64,000 bases of DNA from assembly GCA_964036045.1 (NCBI GenBank), contig OZ038378.1:167028001-167092000 (forward strand). The letters run 5' to 3'. The translations under genes and the position numbers were made by a program. Of the stretch, positions 36,459 through 46,715 are shown piece after piece. Numbering within the stretch: position 1 is the stretch's first letter; every line of letters begins with the position of its first letter. The notes below the pieces were generated by a model. That model was not told the DNA's origin, did no database searches, and saw nothing but the letters and a program-made list of their open reading frames with translations. The stretch is from Eutreptiella sp. 'Long Island Sound 2002' (Eukaryota; Protista; Euglenida).

Positions 36459-37270
36459 CTTGCACTAACACTCTGAGGGGGGCCCATGATGGCCAAAAAA
36501 CGTAGGCAGTGTTCGCTGCTGACAGCATGCTCGGAAAACCCTCACAAAACAGCTCCCGTTCTATGACCATACGAAAGCACGCACAAAAACGCATACTACA
36601 GATCGAAGGGCATCAGTAGAGCTTCGATTCGCTCGGGAGACGGCTATGTACCTCAACGTTGTATTCGCGCAGCGCCAAATTCCGTAAGGTCCACGATTGA
36701 AAAAATGCACTTTTTTTTTACCAAAATCGGTCTCCCTCCAACGGCCGTATCTCGGCGCCACCAAGTCGTTTGGAGCTAATTTTTTTTTCTGCGACCCTTG
36801 GACCCCGCCGGAGGTACTAGTGCTTGAATCCGGGCAAGATGAGCCACAGGCGCCTGGCAATTTCTGTCGCCGGTTGAGCCGCGTTTCAAAAATTGCCGTT
36901 TTTTTCCAACTTGAACCCTTCGCCAAATGGCCAAAACGAATCGGTTTTTTGAAATGCCAAAGGCTACATGGATCGTTTTTCGATGCCGTTCACAAATCTG
37001 CAGTCGGATTCGGATTTCTTGAAAATTCTTTGTTGGTGATTTTTTTTTCGGGATCCTAGGATTTTGCAAGAATTTCCAAAAAGGGCTCCTGCTTCGTTGT
37101 AGGCCTCGGCCTGCCATCCACCGATGTGGGGTTCGTTGGTCCCCAACGTTGTTCTAAGTCTCCTCTCCTGCAGGAAAGTTTGCTAACAATGCAATAGTGG
37201 TTGTTGACCATCGGGCGCGGCACAGCCCCTCCCCCACCGCGTACACGGGAGGGAGCGTGGCAGAGAGCCG
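36459..37270. repeat. Dispersed ~0.8-kb repeat, uninterrupted copy
   Basis: Colinear with 38779-39573 plus 45903-45930, starting cttgcactaacactctgagggggg. No terminal inverted repeat recognised. Confidence 0.85.
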
Positions 37271-38778
37271 CGGAATGCCACAAGGCCCGTGGTTCGCCCG
37301 GCCCGCCCACCCGCTACAAGACGTGCACGCAAAGTGATAGTGATATGTACTAATACAACGAGGGAACATCAGGACAATATCAAAATCATCTTGTCCAGTG
37401 GCTTATTAAAACAGCCAAAGAAAGGTCCTGCGGTGGCTGCGTTCCTTTTCACCCATATGTGCATCGGCATACTGATATGATCACACACTGTTGCAAATCA
37501 ATGTATGATTTACACAACAAGCCTTTACCATGTTCCGTACCGCCACAATTTCCTCCTGCAACCAAACAATATTTGTTCCAACCAAACACACCCGAAGCAA
37601 AGTAGTTTTTCATACCCTGGTTACATTTCATTTCTACATGTCTATATACTTGTTCCGACTTATATGCGCATTAGCAAAATTAACACAGCAACAACATCTA
37701 AGTTTCTCTATATAGCTACATAAACTTGCACAAATGGTTCCAGCCAAATCACATAAAAAGACAAAAAAAATTTTTGGGCTATTTTCGACATCAGCGCTTT
37801 GGCTAGCCTTGGGAAGGTCTCGCTACGCTCCCCCTCCCCAAGCCTAGGAATGTTTTTTTATTGCCGTGTTGGTCCAGATTGCTACACAATTTGAACATCC
37901 TTTTTTTTCAACAGCTGGACTTGCTATGCCGAAAGCTCCTATCCAAGACCTCTGCAACCACCAGTCAAGTCATACCACAGATTTTCACCCTTTGTTTAGA
38001 TGCAATAAATCAACTCCGTGAGTGGGAGGGAGAGCTATATTTCGGTTACCATGATGTTTGCAAAATCAGGCCTCAAAAATTGGATTCACAAATGATTTTT
38101 TTCCCGGAACAGCAAATGCTCTTTTTGTCCCACCTTTAGCGCTTGCCGACACCAACAGCCTGTTGCTTCTAATTGCGTCCTTTTCGGTTTCCACCAACCC
38201 ACATCGTTATCGAGCGGTGGTTCGTCCCCGGGACAATGCACCACAGCTTGCACCATGTACTGCAACATGTGGAGAACCCCCAAGTCACAAACTGACCTGA
38301 TTATAGCCTTTGACCGGGGATCAGACCATGCCTTCTCAGGTCTATTGGTCCGCTGTACGCAGCCACGTTCGTTTTAGTCCATGGGCAAACTCCAGGTCAC
38401 CACAAGATGGATTTTTTAAACAATCCTTGTAAAATATGTCAAAACAACGTCCATCTGTAACATGAAAAAAAAAAGTACTTTTTGGCGTAATTTTTGCGAG
38501 GAACGTTCAAAGCTGCCGAATACCACCCCCCGATCATGCTGTTCTACATCTCTCAAGGATCGTCATGCGTTTTGTCCCAAGGCCTAAGTCCACAACATGT
38601 TCAAATGCCACCCAAAACACGCGACTGCGCAACTTCAAAAAATTGCAAAATGTCAACCCCCCGACACACCAACCAGCTGCATTGTATCCCTTCACTGCCC
38701 CAAATACCACCCTAACACGTGCTATGCACCACAAAGGACCTCGATAAAAAAATTTGACGGCAGATGGTTCCGGGGCTG

Positions 38779-39573
38779 CTTGCACTAACACTCTGAGGGG
38801 GGGCCATGATGGCCAAAAACGTAGACAATTTTCGCTGCTGGCCGCATGCTCCGAAAACCCTCACAAAACAGCTCCCGTTCTATGACAACACGAAAGCACG
38901 CACAAAACCGCATACTACAGATCGAAGGGCATCAGTAGAGCTTCGATTTGGTCGGGGGGTGGCCTCGTACCTCAGCGCTATATTTGTGCTGCGCCAAATT
39001 CCGTAAGGTCCACAATTGAAAAAAAGCACTTTTTTCGCCCAAACTAGTCTCCCTCCAACGGACGTATCTCAGCGCCACCGGGTCGTTTGGAGCTAATTTT
39101 TTTTTTCTGCGACCCTTGGAGCTGGCCGGAGGTACTAGTGCTTGAATACGGGTCAGATGAACCACAGGCGGGGCGCTATTTCTGTCGCCAGTTGACCCGC
39201 GTTTCGAAAATTGCCGTTTTTTACCCAACAACTTGACCCCTTCACCAAACAGCCAAAACGGATCGGTTTTTCGAAATTCCAATTGCTATATGGATCATTT
39301 TTCAATGCCGTTCACAAATCTGCGGTCGGATCTTGATTTCCTGAAAATCCGTTTTTCGTGATTTTTTTTCCACATCCTAGGATTCTGACAGAATTTTCAA
39401 AAAGGGCTCAAGTGTTGTCGTAGGCCTCAGCCGGCCATCCACCGATGTGGGGTCTGTTGGTCCCCAACGCCGTTCTAAATTAGCAACGCTGCAGAAAAGT
39501 TTGCTGACATAACAATTGCGGTTGTCAATTGTCAACCATCGGGCGTGGCGGGGCCCCTCCCCCACCGCTAGCA
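38779..39573. repeat. Second copy of the 0.8-kb repeat, split by the retrotransposon and resuming at 45903
   Basis: Homology to 36459-37245 stops at the left TSD and resumes after the right TSD (cacgggagggagcg). Confidence 0.85.
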
Positions 39574-39574
39574 G

Positions 39575-39603
39575 ACACTCTCTGAGTGTCTATTTTTTTT
39601 TCG
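39575..39603 (+). other. Euglenid spliced-leader exon sequence at the element's 5' end
   Basis: ACACTCTCTGAGTGTCTATTTTTTTTTCG versus the euglenid SL as recalled from the literature (ACACTTTCTGAGTGTCTATTTTTTTTCG): one substitution and one extra T. Confidence 0.9.
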
Positions 39604-39643
39604 GTTGTATTATTTCTGCCATGTGCAACCCCGTTTGGGGTGA

Positions 39644-40225
39644 ATGAAACGTACAACCGCAGCGAAAGCGCCCGGGTCCACAGGCCGCGCCAGTGCCGAC
39701 ACCCGAGTGATGGATCGCACTCAGGGAGCAGATGTTCTCGTGGAGACGGATAGCAAGCAGCTTGCTACTCTCACTGGGATTGATGATGCTGACTATTTCA
39801 TTCAAGAAGAGTTTTTTTTGAGGGCTGGTACTTCCATTGCGGACACTGTCCCGTCCTACAAGCTGGCATCTCTGCTAAAGTCTGACTCCGCCACGGTACA
39901 AAAAGCTTTTCGGGGCCAGGAGCCCTACATTGTTCTATGTGCTCATATGTCTGAAATTGCGAATATCAACAGGGCTGTTGCTATGCTTACGGAGAATCTG
40001 CGAGCGGTGGGGGAAATCTCATTGGTGCTGCTTGAAGGGGTCTGTGACAATCCAGATGTGTTCTTGAACAGAGCTCTGACTGTCAAGGAGAGCGCGACGG
40101 TCAATCCAGCGATGCTACAGCTGGCAGACAGGCCTCTGATTACCAAGAAACAGCAGTATTCAGTATGGGTAATTCATACCACGACTGCGAGCAGGCTGAC
40201 GCGTGCCCAGCCTAAATTCCGGTAA
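39644..40225 (+). CDS. Retrotransposon ORF1, N-terminal part (193 aa, unknown function)
   Basis: Open frame 40 nt after the SL. Same frame as 40232-41278, separated by a single TAA. Confidence 0.7.
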   Translation: MKRTTAAKAPGSTGRASADTRVMDRTQGADVLVETDSKQLATLTGIDDADYFIQEEFFLRAGTSIADTVPSYKLASLLKSDSATVQKAFRGQEPYIVLCAHMSEIANINRAVAMLTENLRAVGEISLVLLEGVCDNPDVFLNRALTVKESATVNPAMLQLADRPLITKKQQYSVWVIHTTTASRLTRAQPKFR

Positions 40226-40231
40226 ATTCGC

Positions 40232-41278
40232 ATGTTTGCCCCGGGGGATGAGCCCAATGTTATAGTCTTCAAGGTGCCAAAGGAGGAAGAGAAGATGATG
40301 GTACTTCAGTACCATGTACAGTGGGAGCAGGAACTTTTCGACAGTCTGTCTATTCAGAAAACGGAGGCGGTGCTGGTTCCTGGGGCAGATCCGGGACAGT
40401 CCAGATACTTATTTTGCCAATTGTCTTTAGACCATGCGCACGAGCTTGTGCGACTGTATGGCAATAGAGCCCGGTTTGGCATCATGCCGCTGAAATGGTA
40501 TCAGGGGGACGCGGTGGACGATCTTCCAAGAAGGTTTGAAGTTTACGTCGGTGCAGAGGTACGTGCGAAACACGCACCGTTTATGTTTGCCTATCTGCTG
40601 TCGCTGTTTTGGGAGCTCCGGCCCAATGGGCTCTTGGCAGCACAATCGGGTGTGGCTATTCAAGTGGTTGGGTACAATAAAGTTCGACTGGGACTGTCTG
40701 ACGCTGCGCACAACGTGCTGGTGGAACAGTTGGACAAGTGCTCCTCGCAGTATGGCCTTAAATTCAAAGATGAGGGTTCAGGGGAGTTTGTTGGCCAGGG
40801 TGACACGTACATACAGCCGCCAGCTGAGTGGGGACCGGCAGATAACTTGTTCCTGATCAATGTGCCGCCGTGGTGGGGGGAAAAGGCGATCGTGGCAATC
40901 ATGCAAACCTCTGAAGTTGAGAAACTTATTGTGCGACGCATGAGATGGTCGGTGGGTGAGATACGCACCCTCACGTGGAAAGTGTGTGTGCCGCAGGCAG
41001 AAACGCCCAAAATTCTGGGATCTGTGTTCCGAGGATCCGAAGGAGACTTCCTGATGCAGGTCATTTCTCAACCTGAGTATGCCATGCGTAGGGAGCGCGG
41101 CAATCCTAAAGGTGGAGGCAAAGGAAGAGGCAAAGGGGGAGCCGGCTCCAGTAGTGCGTCTGTGTCGTCGTCGCGTAGCTACAGTTCAGTGGCATCGTCT
41201 GGTGCCTCCACGTCAGTGGCGTCATCGGCTGCCATGGAGTGTGATGTGGATCTGAAGTTCAACAAGCGAAAGCGATGA
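40232..41278 (+). CDS. Retrotransposon ORF1, main part (348 aa, putative RNA-binding, gag-like)
   Basis: RRM-like segments (NVIVFKVP, NLFLINVP), KGGGKGRGKGG basic/RG tail, Ser-rich end. The stop overlaps the ORF2 ATG (ATGA). Confidence 0.75.
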   Translation: MFAPGDEPNVIVFKVPKEEEKMMVLQYHVQWEQELFDSLSIQKTEAVLVPGADPGQSRYLFCQLSLDHAHELVRLYGNRARFGIMPLKWYQGDAVDDLPRRFEVYVGAEVRAKHAPFMFAYLLSLFWELRPNGLLAAQSGVAIQVVGYNKVRLGLSDAAHNVLVEQLDKCSSQYGLKFKDEGSGEFVGQGDTYIQPPAEWGPADNLFLINVPPWWGEKAIVAIMQTSEVEKLIVRRMRWSVGEIRTLTWKVCVPQAETPKILGSVFRGSEGDFLMQVISQPEYAMRRERGNPKGGGKGRGKGGAGSSSASVSSSRSYSSVASSGASTSVASSAAMECDVDLKFNKRKR

Positions 41279-44200
41279 TCTCTCTTTCCTTAATGAGCCG
41301 ACGTTGGGCGGCGGTAACCACCAACGTCAATGGGTGGCATAGGAAGCCACCGGATAAGGCGGAAATGCGTAAAGTTCTGTTGATCCGTATGCTGAGACAG
41401 CATCATGTGGACATAGCGGCAGTGCAGGAGCACCATATCACCACACAACCGGTGCTCGATTCGCAAAAGCTGTGGGCGGAGAAGCGAGGGTATGGGTTGG
41501 CGGCAGTGCCGACCCCAACTAACATGCGTGGTGGGGTGTTATTAATGTGGAGGACCCCAATGTGGGAATTGCAGTCGGCGGAGTACATTGGACATCGACT
41601 TATTGTAGCTGTGCTCAAGCATGTGTCGGGGGACTCCATACAAGTGCTCGCGGGGCATTTACATCACGATGCGCCTCAGCGACAAAAACAATGGGAGCAA
41701 CTGGGAAGGCGATTGAGCCCAGCAGGGGCCCCACTGATCGCGCTGTGCGATCACAACTCCCATATAATTCCGGGAGTGGACAGTGAAGGAATGAAGGAAA
41801 GTAAATTAAAAACACAGCTCAATGACAAGGCTAGGCAGCGGGAGGTCCAGGTACTGGAAAAGTGTAAGTTGCATGATGCATGGGATGTTCTGTATGGCGA
41901 GTGTGATGACCGCCCGAATGGGTTCACGTACGGGTGGGTGCAGAAGCCTGAGGTGAGATGGAAGCCCAGACGACTAGACAGGGTGCATGTGGCAGACTCC
42001 CTACGGGAATATGTCCAAGGAGTGTACACCACAACAGCAGTGGCTTCCGACCACAAGGCAGTGGTGGTGCAATTTGAGCAACCGCCGATGCGCAGGGTGC
42101 AACCGCGTCTGCGGTTCCCAACAGAAATGTTAAGTGATCAGTCAGCAGTGGACAACCTACGAGGTCTGTTGCAGGGATTGCAGGCGCCAGACTCGCAAAA
42201 TGTGTTCCAGTGGTGGAATGAAGCTGAGGCAATCATTCAAGAGCAAGGGGTCCAGTGGCGACGAATGAATCCACGAGAAGATCACTTGCCAATACAGGGC
42301 ATTCTGCGATTGTCATCCCCCGGAAGGGTGATCCCGGCTGGGTGGGAATATTTGGCAGACAAAGGGGTCTGCCCTGAAACATCAGCTCAGGCGTACCAGT
42401 TGCTGGTGGTATATGCTGACCGGGAGGCCAAAGACTCTCAAAGGCAATCACTGTGTCATATGCTCAAGGAGGAGCTTCTCAGCAAGCGGCAAGAGGCTGC
42501 TACACAGGCTGAACGCCGGAGGAAGGTACATGTACAATTGAGGGAGTTGCAAGCCAAGAGGCAGCTGTATGGTATCAAGAACAAACAGGGGGTGTACTGC
42601 ACACGGCCGCAAGACATCGCGACCGCATTTAAGGAATTCTGGGAGCAAGTCATGAAAAAACCAGACCAGTCGGTAGAACAGTGCAGAGAGTGGATGGAAG
42701 GTCTGGGGATACCGCGCAGGGTGCGACAGGCATTGCCCAAGCTGACAAAGGAAGTGTCCGAGGACACGGTGCAGGCTGCGCTCGAGCGCATGAAGAAGGG
42801 ATCGTCGCCGGGATTAGACGGGATCCCGGTTGAGGTCTACTCAGCAATGGCAGAGGTGTTCATCCCTCCTATGACTATGGCGATCAAAAGTTGTCTTCAA
42901 CAGCGTCAGGTGCCAGCACAATGGCTGGTGAGCTTGCAGCGAAATATACCAAAGGGTCGGGCAGCGGACACAGTTGGCGAGATGCGACCTATTGCATTAC
43001 AGACGGTGATTTGGAAATGGATGGCTACAACCATCCTAGTCCTCATAGAGGACGCGTTGCAGGTAGCAGTGCCACCAGCCCAAAAGGGGTTTTTGAAAAA
43101 TAGACAAATGCTCCAGCACATAATAAACGCCAAGGGCCTGTGGCACTCGGAGACAGAGGGCACATTTCTGTCAGTGGACTTCGCCAAAGCTTATGATTCA
43201 GTATCACACAGCTTCTTTGCAGTAGGCATGCAGTTCTTGGGAATGCCGACTGAGATCACAGAGCTTCTAGTGCATTCACTGTCAGGACAGGTGCAGTTCT
43301 GTGTGGACAATGGTGTGGTTCCTGGCATTTCCATGCAGCCGGAGTCTGGGATTCGCCAAGGCGACCCACTATCTCCGCCAATCTTTGCGTTACTAACAGT
43401 CTTCCTGGTGTTCCAGTTCCGGAAACGGTGTCCGGAAGCACAGCTAATGCTGTATGCAGATGACTTATTAATATGGATACCTGGGGGGGATGAGGAAGCT
43501 CTGAAACAGGCAGAACGAGCTATGAGTCTGCTCAATGAGTTCGGGAAATTCTCGGGACTACATGTCAATCCGTCCAAGTCTTTTGCGGTACTCAAACGGG
43601 CGTGCGGTCCGTTGCCAGAGCGCTATGTTGGGTTGGAAGTGCGGGAAAGAGTCAAGTACTTGGGTGTTTTAATTGGACAGGTGAATGCGGAGCAGGCTTA
43701 TGCTGGTCCAATGGCTAAAATGAAGTCCAGGGCGACTTTTCTGAAAACATTACCATTAGATCTGTGGGAACGTGCTGAAATCTACAAGGTGTGGGTGCAG
43801 CCTGTAGTGCAGTTAACAGCACAAGTGTATGAACCATCAAAGAAGGTGTTGACGACTCTCAATGTTATATTCAAAATTGCCTTGGGGATCTCCACGTGGG
43901 ACCTCAGCCCAGCGATGTTGGCGCTGCCGTACAACCACGGTGGAGTGTGGACGTACCCACTGGCTGTCTGGGTGCGATTTCAGTATGGGCGCTTGTTCCA
44001 AACTGTTCTAAAGGATAAAGTGTGCTTCTCAGGCCAATGGGTAGCGAATTTCGAACAGTGGGCGGAGTCAATTGGGCTGTCCCTGAGGCCATCTTTCTTG
44101 CCATATCTGCAGCTAGCTGTGGTAAAACTGAGCGCGCGAACGTGGCTGCAAGCATCAGTGCTCATGTTTTCGCGGTTGCGGGCGGCAGCTCCGCCCTTGG

Positions 44201-44280
44201 TGGGAATACCCAGCAACATGCCGCTGTGGCACAACGTGCTCTTCAGAAACAAATTGGGGCATCGTGCGCAAGGGGATTAG
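41275..44280 (+). CDS. Retrotransposon ORF2: APE endonuclease and reverse transcriptase (continues by frameshift)
   Basis: APE motifs TNVNG, DIAAVQEHH, CDHN, RLDRV, SDHKAV. RT motifs SPGLDG, RPIAL, VDFAKAYDSV, GIRQGDPLSP, LYADDL, GLHVNPSKS, KYLGV. Confidence 0.95.
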   Translation: MISLSLMSRRWAAVTTNVNGWHRKPPDKAEMRKVLLIRMLRQHHVDIAAVQEHHITTQPVLDSQKLWAEKRGYGLAAVPTPTNMRGGVLLMWRTPMWELQSAEYIGHRLIVAVLKHVSGDSIQVLAGHLHHDAPQRQKQWEQLGRRLSPAGAPLIALCDHNSHIIPGVDSEGMKESKLKTQLNDKARQREVQVLEKCKLHDAWDVLYGECDDRPNGFTYGWVQKPEVRWKPRRLDRVHVADSLREYVQGVYTTTAVASDHKAVVVQFEQPPMRRVQPRLRFPTEMLSDQSAVDNLRGLLQGLQAPDSQNVFQWWNEAEAIIQEQGVQWRRMNPREDHLPIQGILRLSSPGRVIPAGWEYLADKGVCPETSAQAYQLLVVYADREAKDSQRQSLCHMLKEELLSKRQEAATQAERRRKVHVQLRELQAKRQLYGIKNKQGVYCTRPQDIATAFKEFWEQVMKKPDQSVEQCREWMEGLGIPRRVRQALPKLTKEVSEDTVQAALERMKKGSSPGLDGIPVEVYSAMAEVFIPPMTMAIKSCLQQRQVPAQWLVSLQRNIPKGRAADTVGEMRPIALQTVIWKWMATTILVLIEDALQVAVPPAQKGFLKNRQMLQHIINAKGLWHSETEGTFLSVDFAKAYDSVSHSFFAVGMQFLGMPTEITELLVHSLSGQVQFCVDNGVVPGISMQPESGIRQGDPLSPPIFALLTVFLVFQFRKRCPEAQLMLYADDLLIWIPGGDEEALKQAERAMSLLNEFGKFSGLHVNPSKSFAVLKRACGPLPERYVGLEVRERVKYLGVLIGQVNAEQAYAGPMAKMKSRATFLKTLPLDLWERAEIYKVWVQPVVQLTAQVYEPSKKVLTTLNVIFKIALGISTWDLSPAMLALPYNHGGVWTYPLAVWVRFQYGRLFQTVLKDKVCFSGQWVANFEQWAESIGLSLRPSFLPYLQLAVVKLSARTWLQASVLMFSRLRAAAPPLVGIPSNMPLWHNVLFRNKLGHRAQGD

Positions 44281-45733
44281 CACTTTGGCACAAATTGTGG
44301 AGGGAGGAGAGTTGCAGGCGGCGGTGAAACTACCTCCGACATGAACGCCGGTGTATCGGACGAAAATACCACAAGTGCTTGCTTTACCGGTGCAGGATTT
44401 GCCTAAAGTGTGGACGCAACCAAATCAGAAAATGCTAGCAGTGCTTTGCCCGCTGGAGCCGCCACAAAAACGGCAGGAGCCAGAGGTGTGGGAACAGTTA
44501 GCACAACTCAAGCTACCGGGGGCGCAACGAGATTTCATGCGAAGGGCGCTGTGGAAAAAGCTAGCAGTGGGGGCGCGCACGCAGCACGCATATCATCAGC
44601 CCAACTGCATTTTATGCTCTGTACCCGAAACTATCAAACATGTGCTTGCAGCGTGCAAATTCTGGCCAGTGGCCGTGGATATTGTGCGTAAAGCCTTTGG
44701 CCCGGTATGGGGCCGAGACGGGGCCATGTGCCCCATGGATACGTTGCTTGTGGCTCAGCCACTGTTATCGCTGAGCACCACGCAGGGACTGGCGCTATGG
44801 GCGGCGGCGAGAGCGTCCTGGGTCCTGCGATGTGATGCAAAATTTAGATCGTTGTCGGTGGCAATGCCTGACTTTGTAGTAGCCTGGATGACACTTGTAG
44901 AGGTGTGGGCGTCAGCACCACAGTCATCATTTGTGAGGCAAGAGGCCAAGCATCTGTGCAACTGTCTAAGGAAATTCTTGGATGGAGATCAGCCATTTCC
45001 CTCCATGCAGCCACAGGGGGCAATTGTCAGAGGACGGGGGGTACAAGTGCCAAAAAAGGCAAAATGGGCATCGGTTTTGCCGGGCCTGCTGCAGAGAATT
45101 GACGCTAAAGCACAGCAAGGATGGGATGTGGCTTTTGTTGATGGGTCCAAGCAGGAGACAGGTGGTGTGCATCATGCAGGCTATGGTGTGTGGTTTGGGG
45201 ACAATGACGCTCGCAATGAGGAGCTGCCGCTATTGAACACAGAGCGGCAATCTATAACTCGGGCAGAGCTAAGAGCAGCCCTTCGGGCTGTATATCATAA
45301 ATGCCCCGGACGGCCTCTCCTGGTGGTGACAGACTCGGAACTGGTGTATAAAGGGTTAACAGGAAAATGCAACAAGTGGTCCAGGCACAAATGGGTGGGC
45401 TCCAGGGGACCGCTGGCACATGTTGATCTGTGGGAGGATTTGTGGGGGCAGTGGCAGCTACTAGGGGACAGTGTCGATGTGCTATGGGTGCCGTCACATG
45501 TGGGGGTCACGGGAAATGAGCATGCAGACGCCAAGGCGTCCAAGGGAGCGAGAAAGGCATATGAATGTGTCATGAAACAAAAATCAGTGCAGGATATCTG
45601 GGGGGAGTTGGGACTGCAGGAAATGCCTGACTCGTATGACACGGATTCAAACTGCTCGGGGGGGTCCCACATTTCAGAGGAATTAAATGAGGACAACTCA
45701 GAGAACTGGCCCAAGCGGTGTCGGTACAGCTAA
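44264..45733 (+). pseudogene. ORF2 C-terminal part: zinc knuckle (zf-RVT-like) and RNase H1, cut off by a frameshift (~44263) and a TGA (44342-44344)
   Basis: CILCSVPETIKHVLAAC. RNase H acidic residues in VDGS, RAEL, TDS, NEHAD, plus WVPSH. The frame from 44264 reads VRKGISTLAQIVEGG...PT*TPVYRTK. Confidence 0.85.
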
Positions 45734-46010
45734 TCGGGGCCATGGGGAGGGCAGAGTGAGGTGACCTGCGAACAATGCTATGTCTGTGAACAAACAGTGC
45801 TGCAGTGCAGCAGAACAATGTTGTTGGCGATGACCTATGACCTGTGTCAAGGGGGTCATATGGTAGCTGAGTATCCGTTGCTTCACACCCCCACCGCTAG
45901 CACGGGAGGGAGCGCGGCATAAACGCCGCGTAAGCAAAAAAAAAAAAGAGAGACGTGCTTGCATGCACGGCACTGTTGAGCCATACTGTAACCTGCACCT
46001 GCGGGAGGGG

Positions 46011-46014
<4 letters not shown>

Positions 46015-46068
<54 letters not shown>
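46015..46068. repeat. (AG)27 microsatellite
   Basis: Direct reading of the sequence. Confidence 0.95.
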
Positions 46069-46075
<7 letters not shown>

Positions 46076-46715
46076 AGGCGGGCAAAAGCAACTAATTGTA
46101 GCAACTGTACTAGGTGGAGCAGGGTCACTGGATGTTTGTGGGGGTTGCTTCATGGTAAGTCTCAAGTCGTGTGTTTGGGACAATGGAAGGCTGTGTCAGA
46201 AAGGACAATCTGTGTTGTTCATTTGCATGCTGACCGGAACAAACCGGTCCCAGGATGCTGATTTTTGACAGTGGCTCGAGATGGGCAGGTGGAAGCAGTT
46301 ATGCCCCCCAGCAGCCCCCCCCTGCATGCCCCTTGCATGCAAGTTGGACATTGCTCTGCATGTTGTTTCCGGGTACTTCAGTGCCTGATGGAATTGAGTG
46401 CACCCCCCTTGCATGTCCCTTCCAGGTGGGCAATAGCTCAGCTGGTTGCGGCATGTGGCTGTAATGTTTGCAAATGCGGCCACTACGAAGATTTTGATAC
46501 TTCTGCTGAAGACACAATATCCATGGGGGGCACTCAGGGATGTCGCTATGAACCAGCCATCTCCAACAAAATTTCGGTGATGTACACTCAATTGAATTTG
46601 GTTATCTCCAATTCTTCCTGTAATTTCATGAGACATCCGCTTCTGAGTGACATTCATGTGCAAGGATTTTTGTTCTTCTTTGCTGCTGCACAAGGTACGG
46701 CACTGCCCACTGACC

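Larger units (their letters stand above)
39574..45887 (+). mobile_element. Full-length non-LTR retrotransposon (L1/Tx1-like, with RNase H), headed by a spliced leader
   Basis: 15-bp TSD CCCCCACCGCTAGCA at 39559-39573 and 45888-45902. ORF1, then APE endonuclease, RT, zinc knuckle and RNase H. No poly(A) tail. Confidence 0.93.

Noticed and set aside
36468-36477. ACACTCTGAG at the start of the 0.8-kb repeat, similar to the SL 5' end
   Set aside because: Only 10 nt and no downstream SL similarity. Likely coincidence.
39575-39700. Possible SL-RNA gene
   Set aside because: No Sm-site-like intron or 5S/SL tandem context can be seen. The sequence lies inside the TSD and runs straight into element ORFs.
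46641-46649. TTCTGAGTG, a 9-nt match to the SL core ~65 nt upstream of the methyltransferase ATG (possible SL relic)
   Set aside because: The match breaks down on both sides, a 9-mer is expected by chance in 64 kb, and the gene has an intron.
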